Positions 7,302 to 14,959 of a stretch of 32,000 nt of DNA are shown piece by piece. The position numbers and the translations under genes were made by a program. The notes beneath the pieces are model-generated. The model made no database searches and was not told the DNA's origin. It was given only the letters and a program-made list of their open reading frames with translations. The stretch comes from Serratia phage PCH45: the sequence record NC_091964.1. The stretch is one strand, 5' to 3'. Position 1 is the first letter of the stretch; the number at the start of each line of letters is the position of its first letter.

Positions 7302-7892
7302 ATGACTAAGTTTACAGCAACAAATATTCGTCCCCTTTTAATAGGGTCGGGAGATCGTCCAAGTAAAGGAATTACACTTCGTTATCCGTCTGGTCCTGGT
7401 AAAGGATTCATGACAATACGATTCGTCGAGATACCTCTGGATTACGGTATTGAAAGTACGACTAAGTACGACGGGTTCCTATTACTGAGTTATAAGTGGA
7501 AGGAGAAGAAAGGTGAGGAGCGCGATGAGGATACAATCTTCTTGGGCGTACGCGGACAAGAGTGGGGTAACCTCTGTTCTGATCATCGAACGCTAAAACG
7601 TTTCTTAGACGAAGTAATATCACTTCATGCTAAGGAGCGAGGGATTGTTATCCTAAGCTACAAACCAAAAACGTTCCGCAATATAACTATAGACCGGAAT
7701 GGACCCGGTTTCAAGGTTAAAAATAATAAGCGGGCGGAATGCTTATTTAATAAGGAAAAGATTGTCGGGGATATCTTTGATTTCAAGATGTTCTCTTTTA
7801 TACCTCGCGGCACATTCCCGGTGAACAGCAACAAGTATACTGAGATGGTTCGCACTTGCATTTTAAACAATACTCGCTTTGTTGATATTTAA
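7302..7892 (+). CDS. Hypothetical protein (196 aa), visibly AT-richer than its neighbours
   Basis: ORF following the 189-nt intergenic region. Lys/Asn/Ile-rich with AT-rich codons. Confidence 0.7.
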   Translation: MTKFTATNIRPLLIGSGDRPSKGITLRYPSGPGKGFMTIRFVEIPLDYGIESTTKYDGFLLLSYKWKEKKGEERDEDTIFLGVRGQEWGNLCSDHRTLKRFLDEVISLHAKERGIVILSYKPKTFRNITIDRNGPGFKVKNNKRAECLFNKEKIVGDIFDFKMFSFIPRGTFPVNSNKYTEMVRTCILNNTRFVDI

Positions 7893-7901
7893 GGACTACG
7901 C

Positions 7902-8264
7902 ATGAACCAAATCGATTTAACTCCTCAGGCTACTTTCGTTACCGCTGCTGTTGATTCGAAAGAATGGGTTAACTGGAAAGAGATTGCTGAGATCTTCCCG
8001 CAATACGAGGAAGACTATCTCGGTGCGATGTACAAACCGATGATCACTTTCTCCACTATTCCTGCCGCGCCGGACGAAGACTTTAACAGCGGACTGATTG
8101 CAGTAGTGCGTTTAGCTACAGGTTATCAGGAAGTTGTTATGTCACGTCCTCTGCCGCATAACCTCCAGAACTATAATCTGGTTGAAGGATTTACTCGCGC
8201 TGTCGACATGATCCTTAAGGCTGTTGGCGATTTCCACGCTGTTTCTGTTTATCTGAAAAAGTAG
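7902..8264 (+). CDS. Hypothetical protein (120 aa)
   Basis: SD AAGGA before the ATG, tightly packed with its neighbours. Confidence 0.7.
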   Translation: MNQIDLTPQATFVTAAVDSKEWVNWKEIAEIFPQYEEDYLGAMYKPMITFSTIPAAPDEDFNSGLIAVVRLATGYQEVVMSRPLPHNLQNYNLVEGFTRAVDMILKAVGDFHAVSVYLKK

Positions 8265-8270
8265 GTACTA

Positions 8271-8615
8271 ATGGACCATTTAACTTCTCTTAGCCTCGGG
8301 CAAGTGGAAGTTGGTCAATTGATCATACCGGTCGGAACTATCGGGCCGGTATTCATCAAGGTTGGGGATGGCATTTATATCCCCGGCGACCAATTCCGCG
8401 AGATGGCAGCGGGCGACGATATTTCATCTATCGAAAAACGCCGTGCTTTTATTTTAAAGACTTCGTTCGATAGTGTCTTATCTAAACAAGGTCTGGGACA
8501 TCAGGCATTCTTTGCACTGACTGATGAAGAGGTACATTTACTGTACGTTGACTGCAAAAAGCTACGGGGTAATCCACATGTCTGCACTGATCGTTCTGTT
8601 GGTGCTCGTCACTAA
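8271..8615 (+). CDS. Hypothetical protein (114 aa)
   Basis: ATG lies 6 nt after the previous stop. Its 3' end overlaps the next gene. Confidence 0.6.
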   Translation: MDHLTSLSLGQVEVGQLIIPVGTIGPVFIKVGDGIYIPGDQFREMAAGDDISSIEKRRAFILKTSFDSVLSKQGLGHQAFFALTDEEVHLLYVDCKKLRGNPHVCTDRSVGARH

Positions 8616-8916
8616 CTTCGCGTCTGGTCATTCTATTGACTGGAAACAAGAGCAATCTCTTCGCGTCGGTAAGCTTAAGCATTCCTGGACGATGTTAATT
8701 CTGAACGGGGCAACTTTTGTAGGCATTGTTTCGTGGGCAGGCTTCGGCATACTCACTGCGTGGGCGATTATACTCTCTGTCGGGTTCCTATTACCTCTGG
8801 CGCAGATTCCCTACAACGGTCGTTACAACTTTGCCTTTGCTAATGGCTGGCGACGTTACCGTTCGTTGAAGCACTGGACCTACGGCGCTGGTTTGGTAGC
8901 GTGGTGCTTCTTCTAA
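8578..8916 (+). CDS. Small polytopic membrane protein (112 aa)
   Basis: MSALIVLLVLVTNFASG..., ILNGATFVGIVSWAGFGILTAWAIILSVGFLLPL and GAGLVAWCFF are hydrophobic helices. ATG 8578 is preferred over the track start 8524. Confidence 0.65.
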   Translation: MSALIVLLVLVTNFASGHSIDWKQEQSLRVGKLKHSWTMLILNGATFVGIVSWAGFGILTAWAIILSVGFLLPLAQIPYNGRYNFAFANGWRRYRSLKHWTYGAGLVAWCFF

Positions 8917-8930
8917 ATAAATCTTGGCGA

Positions 8931-8946
8931 TATATTACTTAAGTGA
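8931..8946. promoter_or_regulatory. Second copy of the conserved element TATATTACTTAAGTGA (palindromic core ACTTAAGT)
   Basis: The 13-nt core is identical to 1634..1646. It lies in the intergenic gap 8917..9005 and is followed by an AT-rich TATTAAT. Confidence 0.35.
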
Positions 8947-9005
8947 TATTAATCCATCACCCCATGGGCGGTAGATGTTCTTACTCTAAGAAAGGAGTAT
9001 CACTT

Positions 9006-9410
9006 TTGTTATTGCACAAGTTGAAGTACGATTTTAAGCTCGAAGTTTCAGGCCGGGAAGGCCGACAAGATCCTCTCCATGTTTATAGCATCACCTGCAC
9101 GTTGTACGAAACTAAAAGAAGACCAAACCCTGTACCTGAAAAGTTGTTAAAGACTTTTCAGAGTACGGGCGTTTGTGTCGTCGGCTTTTTAGAAGGACAC
9201 CGTGTAGAGCGTGAGAAAGTATGGGGAGGGTTCGAATACCGTTTGAAACGGGAAACCCAGATATTCGTAGGGAATACTCTCGAGAACACCATGGAACAAA
9301 TGGAAGCGTTCATTCAAGAGTCTATTCGCCTTAAAGATAAGTTTAGACCGCGCAGACCAAAAGCAGAAAAAGCCGTGGAACGTTTAACTAAATACAGTAG
9401 AGGTTACTAA
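9006..9410 (+). CDS. Hypothetical protein (134 aa from TTG 9006; 148 aa if ATG 8964 is used)
   Basis: A strong SD AAGGAG (8992-8997) lies 8 nt before the in-frame TTG 9006. ATG 8964 has no SD. The track start 8943 falls inside the conserved element. Confidence 0.55.
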   Translation: MLLHKLKYDFKLEVSGREGRQDPLHVYSITCTLYETKRRPNPVPEKLLKTFQSTGVCVVGFLEGHRVEREKVWGGFEYRLKRETQIFVGNTLENTMEQMEAFIQESIRLKDKFRPRRPKAEKAVERLTKYSRGY

Positions 9411-10141
9411 TGATTTTATGTAAAGACCAGGCATCTTACGATGCGCTGATGGTGCTCTGTGATGAGTTCCCCGATTCAATTGGTAACGTAAGAGAACAAG
9501 CTCGAGTAATCCAGCCCCAGGAGCTAATCGATTTCCTGGATCCTAACCATAGCTCTGATAAGCCGGTGATGCTAGTAGACCTTAGTGTTGTCGCTAAGCT
9601 TCGTGCGCATGAGTTACTTCATCAGCGTATTATAGAAGAGCATAATCGGGATAGTGCTTATAAAGCTCTTCGGTTAGACCTTCCTAAGGACGGGAATGTA
9701 ATTGCTCTTGCAGAGCGCGTAGAAGCTGTAATGAAGAAAGCACAGACTCTACCAAGTAGCTTAGGCCGTAAACTGCAAGGCTACCTTGAATCAAAAGCAG
9801 ATGATAAATACAGGGTTATCGTCAGTGAAGCTATGGTTGCAGAGCTCGAACGTATTGCCGGAATTGAACACCCGTCTCATAAGGTCGCTATTATTGGTGG
9901 TATGCCTATACGCGCTGGCGGTAGCACCTTGCAGGGCATTGTTACAAAAATGATAACAGAGACTACTCGTACTATAATCGACGAGTCGCCATTTGCTTAT
10001 TTTGCTGAACCACGGCGTGAAGGTCACGAAGTCTCCAAGAAAGGCCGTCGTGACGTTGTGGTATCGAAGAAGGGTAACGCTTATCCTTTACCGAAAGGAC
10101 AGCGTGGAATGCCGCGTGTTGGTCGTACGAGGGGTCGTTGA
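9410..10141 (+). CDS. Hypothetical protein (243 aa) with a basic Arg/Gly-rich C-terminal tail
   Basis: TAATG overlap with the upstream gene. The tail reads KKGRRDVVVSKKGNAYPLPKGQRGMPRVGRTRGR. Confidence 0.75.
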   Translation: MILCKDQASYDALMVLCDEFPDSIGNVREQARVIQPQELIDFLDPNHSSDKPVMLVDLSVVAKLRAHELLHQRIIEEHNRDSAYKALRLDLPKDGNVIALAERVEAVMKKAQTLPSSLGRKLQGYLESKADDKYRVIVSEAMVAELERIAGIEHPSHKVAIIGGMPIRAGGSTLQGIVTKMITETTRTIIDESPFAYFAEPRREGHEVSKKGRRDVVVSKKGNAYPLPKGQRGMPRVGRTRGR

Positions 10142-10764
10142 TGGCTAAAGTCATTTCTTGTTACCTTCGTCCATCTACTCTACTCCTGGACTTCCCGGAG
10201 TTCTGGCGAAAAGAGTGTAATCTGATTCTGGGTAAGGCAATTGGGGGTAATGAGGTTGTATTACGCCCTGAGGATATTAAGTCGGCTAGCCTGTTACCGA
10301 AAAGCGATCACGTTCTAAACGAGTCACTAATTATCCAGTCCAATCACGCACACAGGTACGTCGTCAATTGTAACACAGATGACGTCGAGTGGTTCAATAC
10401 GTTTGTAAGGAAGTTCGTTGAGGAGTTTGAAGCTGGCGGTAATGATTTTATTTATTACCGTAATGAAGCTGGGAAGGTTCTTTGTAATCGTCGCATTGTC
10501 TGCGCTGCGATGCGTATTGATGGCGTTGTTGTACTTGGGGCTCGTCACGGGTCACCTTTGATGAACCAGGCTATTGATCATGCATTTGATCACGATGAAA
10601 CTCGTGTTATCGCGGCTATGAGGTCTGAGCATATTGAAGGGTTCACTGACCAATACGATGTGTTCTGGGATCGTAAACAAGCGTTGACTATCGCTATCTG
10701 CGCTGGTCAAATTCGTAAACGTACACATGACCGCGAACAACTGTGGTCGGAAGATGTCTGGTAA
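10141..10764 (+). CDS. Hypothetical protein (207 aa)
   Basis: TGATG overlap with the upstream gene and SD GAGG. The C-terminal ~90 aa (IVCAAMRIDGVVVLGARHG...GFTDQYDVFWDRKQALTIAICAGQI) look like a conserved globular domain that I cannot name. Confidence 0.75.
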   Translation: MAKVISCYLRPSTLLLDFPEFWRKECNLILGKAIGGNEVVLRPEDIKSASLLPKSDHVLNESLIIQSNHAHRYVVNCNTDDVEWFNTFVRKFVEEFEAGGNDFIYYRNEAGKVLCNRRIVCAAMRIDGVVVLGARHGSPLMNQAIDHAFDHDETRVIAAMRSEHIEGFTDQYDVFWDRKQALTIAICAGQIRKRTHDREQLWSEDVW

Positions 10765-10781
10765 TAAGGAAAAAATAAGAA

Positions 10782-11156
10782 ATGAATACACTCGCGTCGT
10801 TTGTTATCTCGGCGTTAATTGCGCTACCTTTCGTGCTCGAAACATTTAAGGCGCAACGAAGAACCGAGGCAGTGTACGGGCGACACTACCATGGTCATTT
10901 TGTAGATATCCCTAACGGGTATAAATACTTACCAACGATTGCTTCTGCGGCGCTGGTTCTGATGCTATTCGGTTTCCAGTCGATGTGCATTGCGACGCCC
11001 ATTGCATTTCTTTTCAACTGGGCGGTTGGTAATATCGTGTTTAGCTGGCAGCTGAAGTGGTGGCGCGCTCGTTACATCGGTATGTTTCTGGCAAACGGTT
11101 CTTCGTTTGTCTTCTTCTGGTTTCTCTGCCTTTATGGCTTATTCGGGATGGAATAA
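10782..11156 (+). CDS. Small 4-TM membrane protein (124 aa)
   Basis: Four hydrophobic stretches, with a basic WWRARY motif before the last one. Confidence 0.7.
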   Translation: MNTLASFVISALIALPFVLETFKAQRRTEAVYGRHYHGHFVDIPNGYKYLPTIASAALVLMLFGFQSMCIATPIAFLFNWAVGNIVFSWQLKWWRARYIGMFLANGSSFVFFWFLCLYGLFGME

Positions 11157-11542
11157 TGGACGGTTCTCAAGTGGTTCGTGTAATTGTAGCTTTAGCTGCA
11201 TCAACTTTCATGTTCGCCTGGCTTCTGGTTAAGATTATCGAAAGACACACTGAACTCAAAGTCTATATCGAACAGAAAGCCGAATATCTCCTTGCGCCCA
11301 AGCGTGATATGCCAATGCTCGCTGTTTCCTTTATCATGCCTTCTATTCCGGTGGCTATGGTAAACAATGGTATTGTCTGGTCAGGCTTCTTCTTGGCGGT
11401 AACGCTATGGGCTATTCTTTCCGATATGTTTGCAACTAAACGTGAAGGCGACTTGTCGCATTACAAGATACTTGCATGGTCGTATTCGGTATCGTTTAGT
11501 GTCGGGATATTGACAATGGCGTACTGTCTTATTTTCGAGTAG
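11156..11542 (+). CDS. Small 4-TM membrane protein (128 aa)
   Basis: ATG 11156 overlaps the upstream TAA (TAATG). The track start 11057 is an out-of-context extension. Hydrophobic helices include VIVALAASTFMFAWLLV, MLAVSFIMPSIPVAMV, GFFLAVTLWAIL and SFSVGILTMAYCLIF. Confidence 0.7.
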   Translation: MDGSQVVRVIVALAASTFMFAWLLVKIIERHTELKVYIEQKAEYLLAPKRDMPMLAVSFIMPSIPVAMVNNGIVWSGFFLAVTLWAILSDMFATKREGDLSHYKILAWSYSVSFSVGILTMAYCLIFE

Positions 11543-11550
11543 GGTCAATT

Positions 11551-12114
11551 ATGTTCCAGTACACGGGCGTAGGTAGTCGAGATATTAGCGAGGAAGAAGA
11601 AGATCTTATATTTAACCTCGCTTATCACTTAGCTTCTATTGGCGGTAGATTAAGGTCTGGTAATGCACCGGGTTCTGATTTTACTTTCGAAGGAGGGCAT
11701 TGGCAGGCTTACGCTGATGGTTTGTGTAACTTCTTACCAGAGATATACGTCCCGTGGGCTGGTTTTGAACATGGAGATTTCCCCGGTAAACATCGCTATA
11801 TGTCTGAACGTAACCTAGGCTACGAATGGAGAAATGCTGCCCAGCTTATTTCAAAAATTCATCCTGCCTGGGATTATCTGAAACGAGGAGCAAAAGCGCT
11901 ACATACACGCAACGGATTTCAACCTCTAGGCCCATGGCTGTCTCATCCGTCGAAGTTACTACTAGCTTGTAGCGACATCGATAAGAAGGGTATTCCAAAA
12001 GGCGGTACACGTACTGCCTGGGTTCTAGCAACTGACTTTGGTATACCATGCTTTAATCTGCGTGGTAAAACTTTACACGAAGCAGAAAGCTTCATTAATT
12101 CCATTATCTGGTAA
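11551..12114 (+). CDS. DprA/SLOG-superfamily Rossmann-fold protein (187 aa)
   Basis: YTGVGSRDIS...LAYHLASIGGRLRSGNAPGSDFTFEGG parallels the DprA core (VGSR....G......LA..G...VSG.A.GID..AH.GA). The C-terminal KGGTRTAWVLATDFGIPCFNL parallels DprA SGS..TA..A...G..V.A.P and the LOG PGG.GT motif. Confidence 0.55.
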   Translation: MFQYTGVGSRDISEEEEDLIFNLAYHLASIGGRLRSGNAPGSDFTFEGGHWQAYADGLCNFLPEIYVPWAGFEHGDFPGKHRYMSERNLGYEWRNAAQLISKIHPAWDYLKRGAKALHTRNGFQPLGPWLSHPSKLLLACSDIDKKGIPKGGTRTAWVLATDFGIPCFNLRGKTLHEAESFINSIIW

Positions 12115-12124
12115 ATAAAAATAA

Positions 12125-13153
12125 ATGAAACGCATTGTAATCGCTATTAATAATTCCGAGTTCAGTAACCAGTTTGCGCTTAACGATTTCCATGGGGTTA
12201 TTAATAACCCTAAGCATGGTAAGGTCGAATACTTCATTCACCGTAACCCGATGATGAAGATCAGTCCGGTTGGCGGATTGAAATCAAACTTCGATGTGTT
12301 GATAAATAACCCTTATCCGGGCGAGTCTACGGAGGGTGCTGACTTTATTAGTCTTCTTAAGCCACATCAACTCTTCACTAACAAGCGTGAAGCGAAGTCA
12401 ATCATGCGCCATCGACTGAATAGCATCGGTCCGTACTACAAGGGATTCACTCCTATCCCTGCATGGAAGACAACTGATCCTCTTCTACTGGGTCAGAGCG
12501 GTGGCTGGGGCAATGACATTGCTGGTATGGTTGTACTCAAAGACGAACATGGTGCTCGTGGTGCAGGCCAAGTATTGTTCTACGTAGGCGACCATTCTCC
12601 TGCTTGCGTTATCAGGGCAATTAAAGATCAGGCCGAAAAGCTCCATGAACTGGAAGAAAAACCTCGTACCGATCAAGAAATCATCGACGACATTAAGAAG
12701 GTTATCCCTAACGTTAAACTGGGTTACGATCTTAACGTTGGTATTCGTGAAACGGTTACCAAGCTTTCTACTAACGGGACCTACATTGAGCAGTTTGTCC
12801 CTGGTGTTAAAGAAGAGTTTCGTATTCTTCTTTGCCCTGGCAACCATTATGTCTTTAGTCGCGAGATTGAAAACGTTGATGGGTATAAACAAGCCTGCGG
12901 TTCCAAAGGTGGTATGCGTAAACCGGTAACTGATCCCCGTGTACTTGCGGTGGCTGCTGACGCCGTCGAACTTCTGAACAAAGCCGGTGTCGTTTACGGT
13001 TCTGCTGATTTGTTCGTTACCGATGAAGGTTGGGGTATTTTCGAATACTCTTCTCAGTTCGCTGCTAACGGTGTGGCTTCTGAATACAGCCGTGAAATTC
13101 AGACTGGCCTGATCAATCACGTTATTGAAAAATTCCTGGACGGAGAAAAATAA
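12125..13153 (+). CDS. ATP-grasp fold ligase (342 aa), divergent
   Basis: Motifs appear in ATP-grasp order: VVLKDEHGARGAGQVLF (Lys plus Gly-rich loop), YIEQFVPGVKEEFRILL, and YGSADLFVTDEGWGIFEYSSQF (Mg-binding region, with E-Y-S where E-x-N is usual). Confidence 0.65.
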   Translation: MKRIVIAINNSEFSNQFALNDFHGVINNPKHGKVEYFIHRNPMMKISPVGGLKSNFDVLINNPYPGESTEGADFISLLKPHQLFTNKREAKSIMRHRLNSIGPYYKGFTPIPAWKTTDPLLLGQSGGWGNDIAGMVVLKDEHGARGAGQVLFYVGDHSPACVIRAIKDQAEKLHELEEKPRTDQEIIDDIKKVIPNVKLGYDLNVGIRETVTKLSTNGTYIEQFVPGVKEEFRILLCPGNHYVFSREIENVDGYKQACGSKGGMRKPVTDPRVLAVAADAVELLNKAGVVYGSADLFVTDEGWGIFEYSSQFAANGVASEYSREIQTGLINHVIEKFLDGEK

Positions 13154-13551
13154 TGAGAAGTTCTGATATTGATAAGTTGCTCGCTATTCCGTACATTCAA
13201 GAACTCTTGGATGAAGCTGGGCATTCAATGGAATGTTTCCGGCAAAATGTTGAAGAGTTCATTCCTGAAGTTACACCTAACGCTCAGTGGATCGAGGAGA
13301 ACGGGGTAGATCCTTTTGACGGGAGTTACAACTGTGAACGCAGTGAGCTCCCGATGGGACAGATGTCGGATTATGAGTTTGCCAACGAGCTCTTCCTGCA
13401 CGGCGATAACCAACCGTCAATCCAGGAACTGTTAGCGGGTACGAAGAAACGTCCTATCGTCTGGTTAACAGCCGGTAAAGAACGTATCCGTTGGTTAAGC
13501 TGGCAGAACCATCTGCTTGAGCAAGAAGTTAAACGTTTGAAAGGTCTGTAA
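13153..13551 (+). CDS. Ead/Ea22-like protein (132 aa)
   Basis: MSDYEFANELFLHGD...PIVWLTAGKERIRWLSWQNHLLEQEVKRLK resembles the C-terminal region of lambdoid Ea22-like proteins as I recall them. TAATG overlap with the ATP-grasp gene. Confidence 0.45.
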   Translation: MRSSDIDKLLAIPYIQELLDEAGHSMECFRQNVEEFIPEVTPNAQWIEENGVDPFDGSYNCERSELPMGQMSDYEFANELFLHGDNQPSIQELLAGTKKRPIVWLTAGKERIRWLSWQNHLLEQEVKRLKGL

Positions 13552-13555
13552 TAAC

Positions 13556-13582
13556 AGAGGGCTTCGGCCCTCTAGTTTTTTT
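13556..13582 (+). terminator. Intrinsic terminator (AGAGGGC-TTCG-GCCCTCT, AG, T7)
   Basis: 7-bp stem, UUCG loop and a T-run, 5 nt after the 13551 stop. Confidence 0.8.
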
Positions 13583-13594
13583 GTCGGGGAAATC

Positions 13595-13738
13595 ATGCTA
13601 GATTATTTTTTACTATTCTCTCTTCTTGGTTTGTTAGGGCTAGTAATCATAAGTCCTGCGCTTGGGGCTTATATTCTCTGGCGTGGGTTGAGAATGGTGT
13701 TCAGGAAAAGAGTTGGGGTTAACTATGCAAACTTATAA
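13595..13738 (+). CDS. Possible 47-aa single-pass hydrophobic peptide (below the ORF-track size cutoff)
   Basis: ATG 13595 follows the SD-like GGGGA and translates to MLDYFLLFSLLGLLGLVIISPALGAYILWRGLRMVFRKRVGVNYANL. It fills the otherwise empty 173-nt gap, and its stop overlaps the thyA start by 14 nt. Confidence 0.4.
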   Translation: MLDYFLLFSLLGLLGLVIISPALGAYILWRGLRMVFRKRVGVNYANL

Positions 13739-14897
13739 CGATCGTCTACGTTTCATTTTGGAGCACGGCAAGAAGCGTGGGGACAGAACCGGGGTAGGTA
13801 CTATCTCTTATTTCGGCGGGCATGACGAATACCACATGTTCGACGGGTTCCCGCTTTATGGTAACCGGGCGATTTTGTTGCGCTGGATATTCATGGAACT
13901 CAAGTGGATGTTGCGCGGCGATAGTAACATCCAATGGCTGAAAGATCAGGGCGTCACTATCTGGGATGAATGGGCGGTTACGAAAGAGATGGTAGAACAT
14001 ATGGAGAACTTCAACTCCATACAGTTCACTCTCGATGCCGCTGGTCTACAAGTCGCTGGTAACGAGATTCCTAACGTTTACGACTGCGAGTTCCCAGAGA
14101 TTGTGGAGTTCTTCAGTAAAAACAAAGGAGTGTTGGAAGAGTACTTGTTTGTACGCGAAGGCGATCTGGGCCCGATCTATCCGACCATGTGGCGTAACAA
14201 CAACGGCGTAGACCAGATCCGTGCAACACTCGAATCTATCCGTAAGTATCCGTACAGCCGCCGTCACTGCGTGTCTGCATGGAACCCACGTTACTTGCCA
14301 AAAGAAAACCTGTCTCCTGAAGACAACGTATTCGAAGGCTATGCTGCATTAGCACCGTGTCATCACTTCTTCCAGTTCTACGTGGAAGATCTGACCGTAA
14401 CTGAACGCCTGTTAGTTGCGTGTGGCGATGGTCACAGCCGCCACTTCTGGCGTGATAAAGATGTTCGCAGCAAGGCCTGTCTCATTGCGTTTAATGAGAA
14501 CATTGAAGACGATGAAGAAGTTACTCGTCTACTGGATGACCTTAAGATCCCTTCTCAGGGACTGAGCATCCTGTTCCATATGCGCAGTAATGATACTATC
14601 CTCGGTGCTCCTTATAACATCGCCAGCTATGCAATGCTGCTGAAGATGTACGCAGAGATTCTGGGTATGGCTCCGTTGAAGGTCGTTCATCAGGTCGGCG
14701 ATGCTCACATCTACCTTAACCACGTAGATAAGATCGAAGAGATGCTGAACCGCCCTGTTCCGCCGCTGCCTTCTCTTAACTTCCGCGAAGATCTTCCTTT
14801 CGGTAAGTATAAAGATCCGGTCGAATTCGAGTGGACCGACTTCCAATTGGAAGGTTATGATCCGGGCCCGAAAATGGACTTCCCTATCGCCAAGTAA
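13725..14897 (+). CDS. thyA: Thymidylate synthase (ThyA) family enzyme with two ~55-aa insertions (390 aa)
   Basis: The ThyA catalytic signature is intact: DRTGVGT, MELKW, TIWDEW, GDLGPIY, SRRH, ALAPCHHFFQFYV (Cys nucleophile), MRSND, PYNIASY (Asn implies a uracil substrate), GDAHIY. Insertions follow IWDEWAV and FYVEDL. ATG 13725 is preferred over the track TTG 13713. Confidence 0.9.
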   Translation: MQTYNDRLRFILEHGKKRGDRTGVGTISYFGGHDEYHMFDGFPLYGNRAILLRWIFMELKWMLRGDSNIQWLKDQGVTIWDEWAVTKEMVEHMENFNSIQFTLDAAGLQVAGNEIPNVYDCEFPEIVEFFSKNKGVLEEYLFVREGDLGPIYPTMWRNNNGVDQIRATLESIRKYPYSRRHCVSAWNPRYLPKENLSPEDNVFEGYAALAPCHHFFQFYVEDLTVTERLLVACGDGHSRHFWRDKDVRSKACLIAFNENIEDDEEVTRLLDDLKIPSQGLSILFHMRSNDTILGAPYNIASYAMLLKMYAEILGMAPLKVVHQVGDAHIYLNHVDKIEEMLNRPVPPLPSLNFREDLPFGKYKDPVEFEWTDFQLEGYDPGPKMDFPIAK

Positions 14898-14959
14898 GGC
14901 CGTAAAAAACGAGTTAGTTGCCTATTAAAATGAGACACTAACAACTTAAGGATTTTGAC

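Noticed and set aside
12485-13120. Long antisense ORFs: 12485..13120 (211 aa), 16127..16798 (223 aa), 3627..4103 (158 aa), 22277..22711 (144 aa), 2439..2828, 14529..14846
   Set aside because: Each lies fully inside a well-supported gene on the other strand (ATP-grasp, the 556-aa protein, the secreted protein, the fibre, dut, thyA). They lack SD sequences, cross gene junctions, and have Arg/Ser/Thr/Val-rich shadow-like composition.
13725-14897. Group I intron, intein or homing endonuclease in thyA or nrdB, as in T4 td/nrdB
   Set aside because: Both genes are continuous ORFs. The thyA insertions are in frame, are short (about 55 aa), and lack intein or HNH/LAGLIDADG/GIY-YIG motifs.
14913-14942. 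6-bp inverted repeat GTTAGT-N18-ACTAAC after thyA
   Set aside because: The stem is too short and the loop too long for a terminator, there is no T-run, and it occurs only once.
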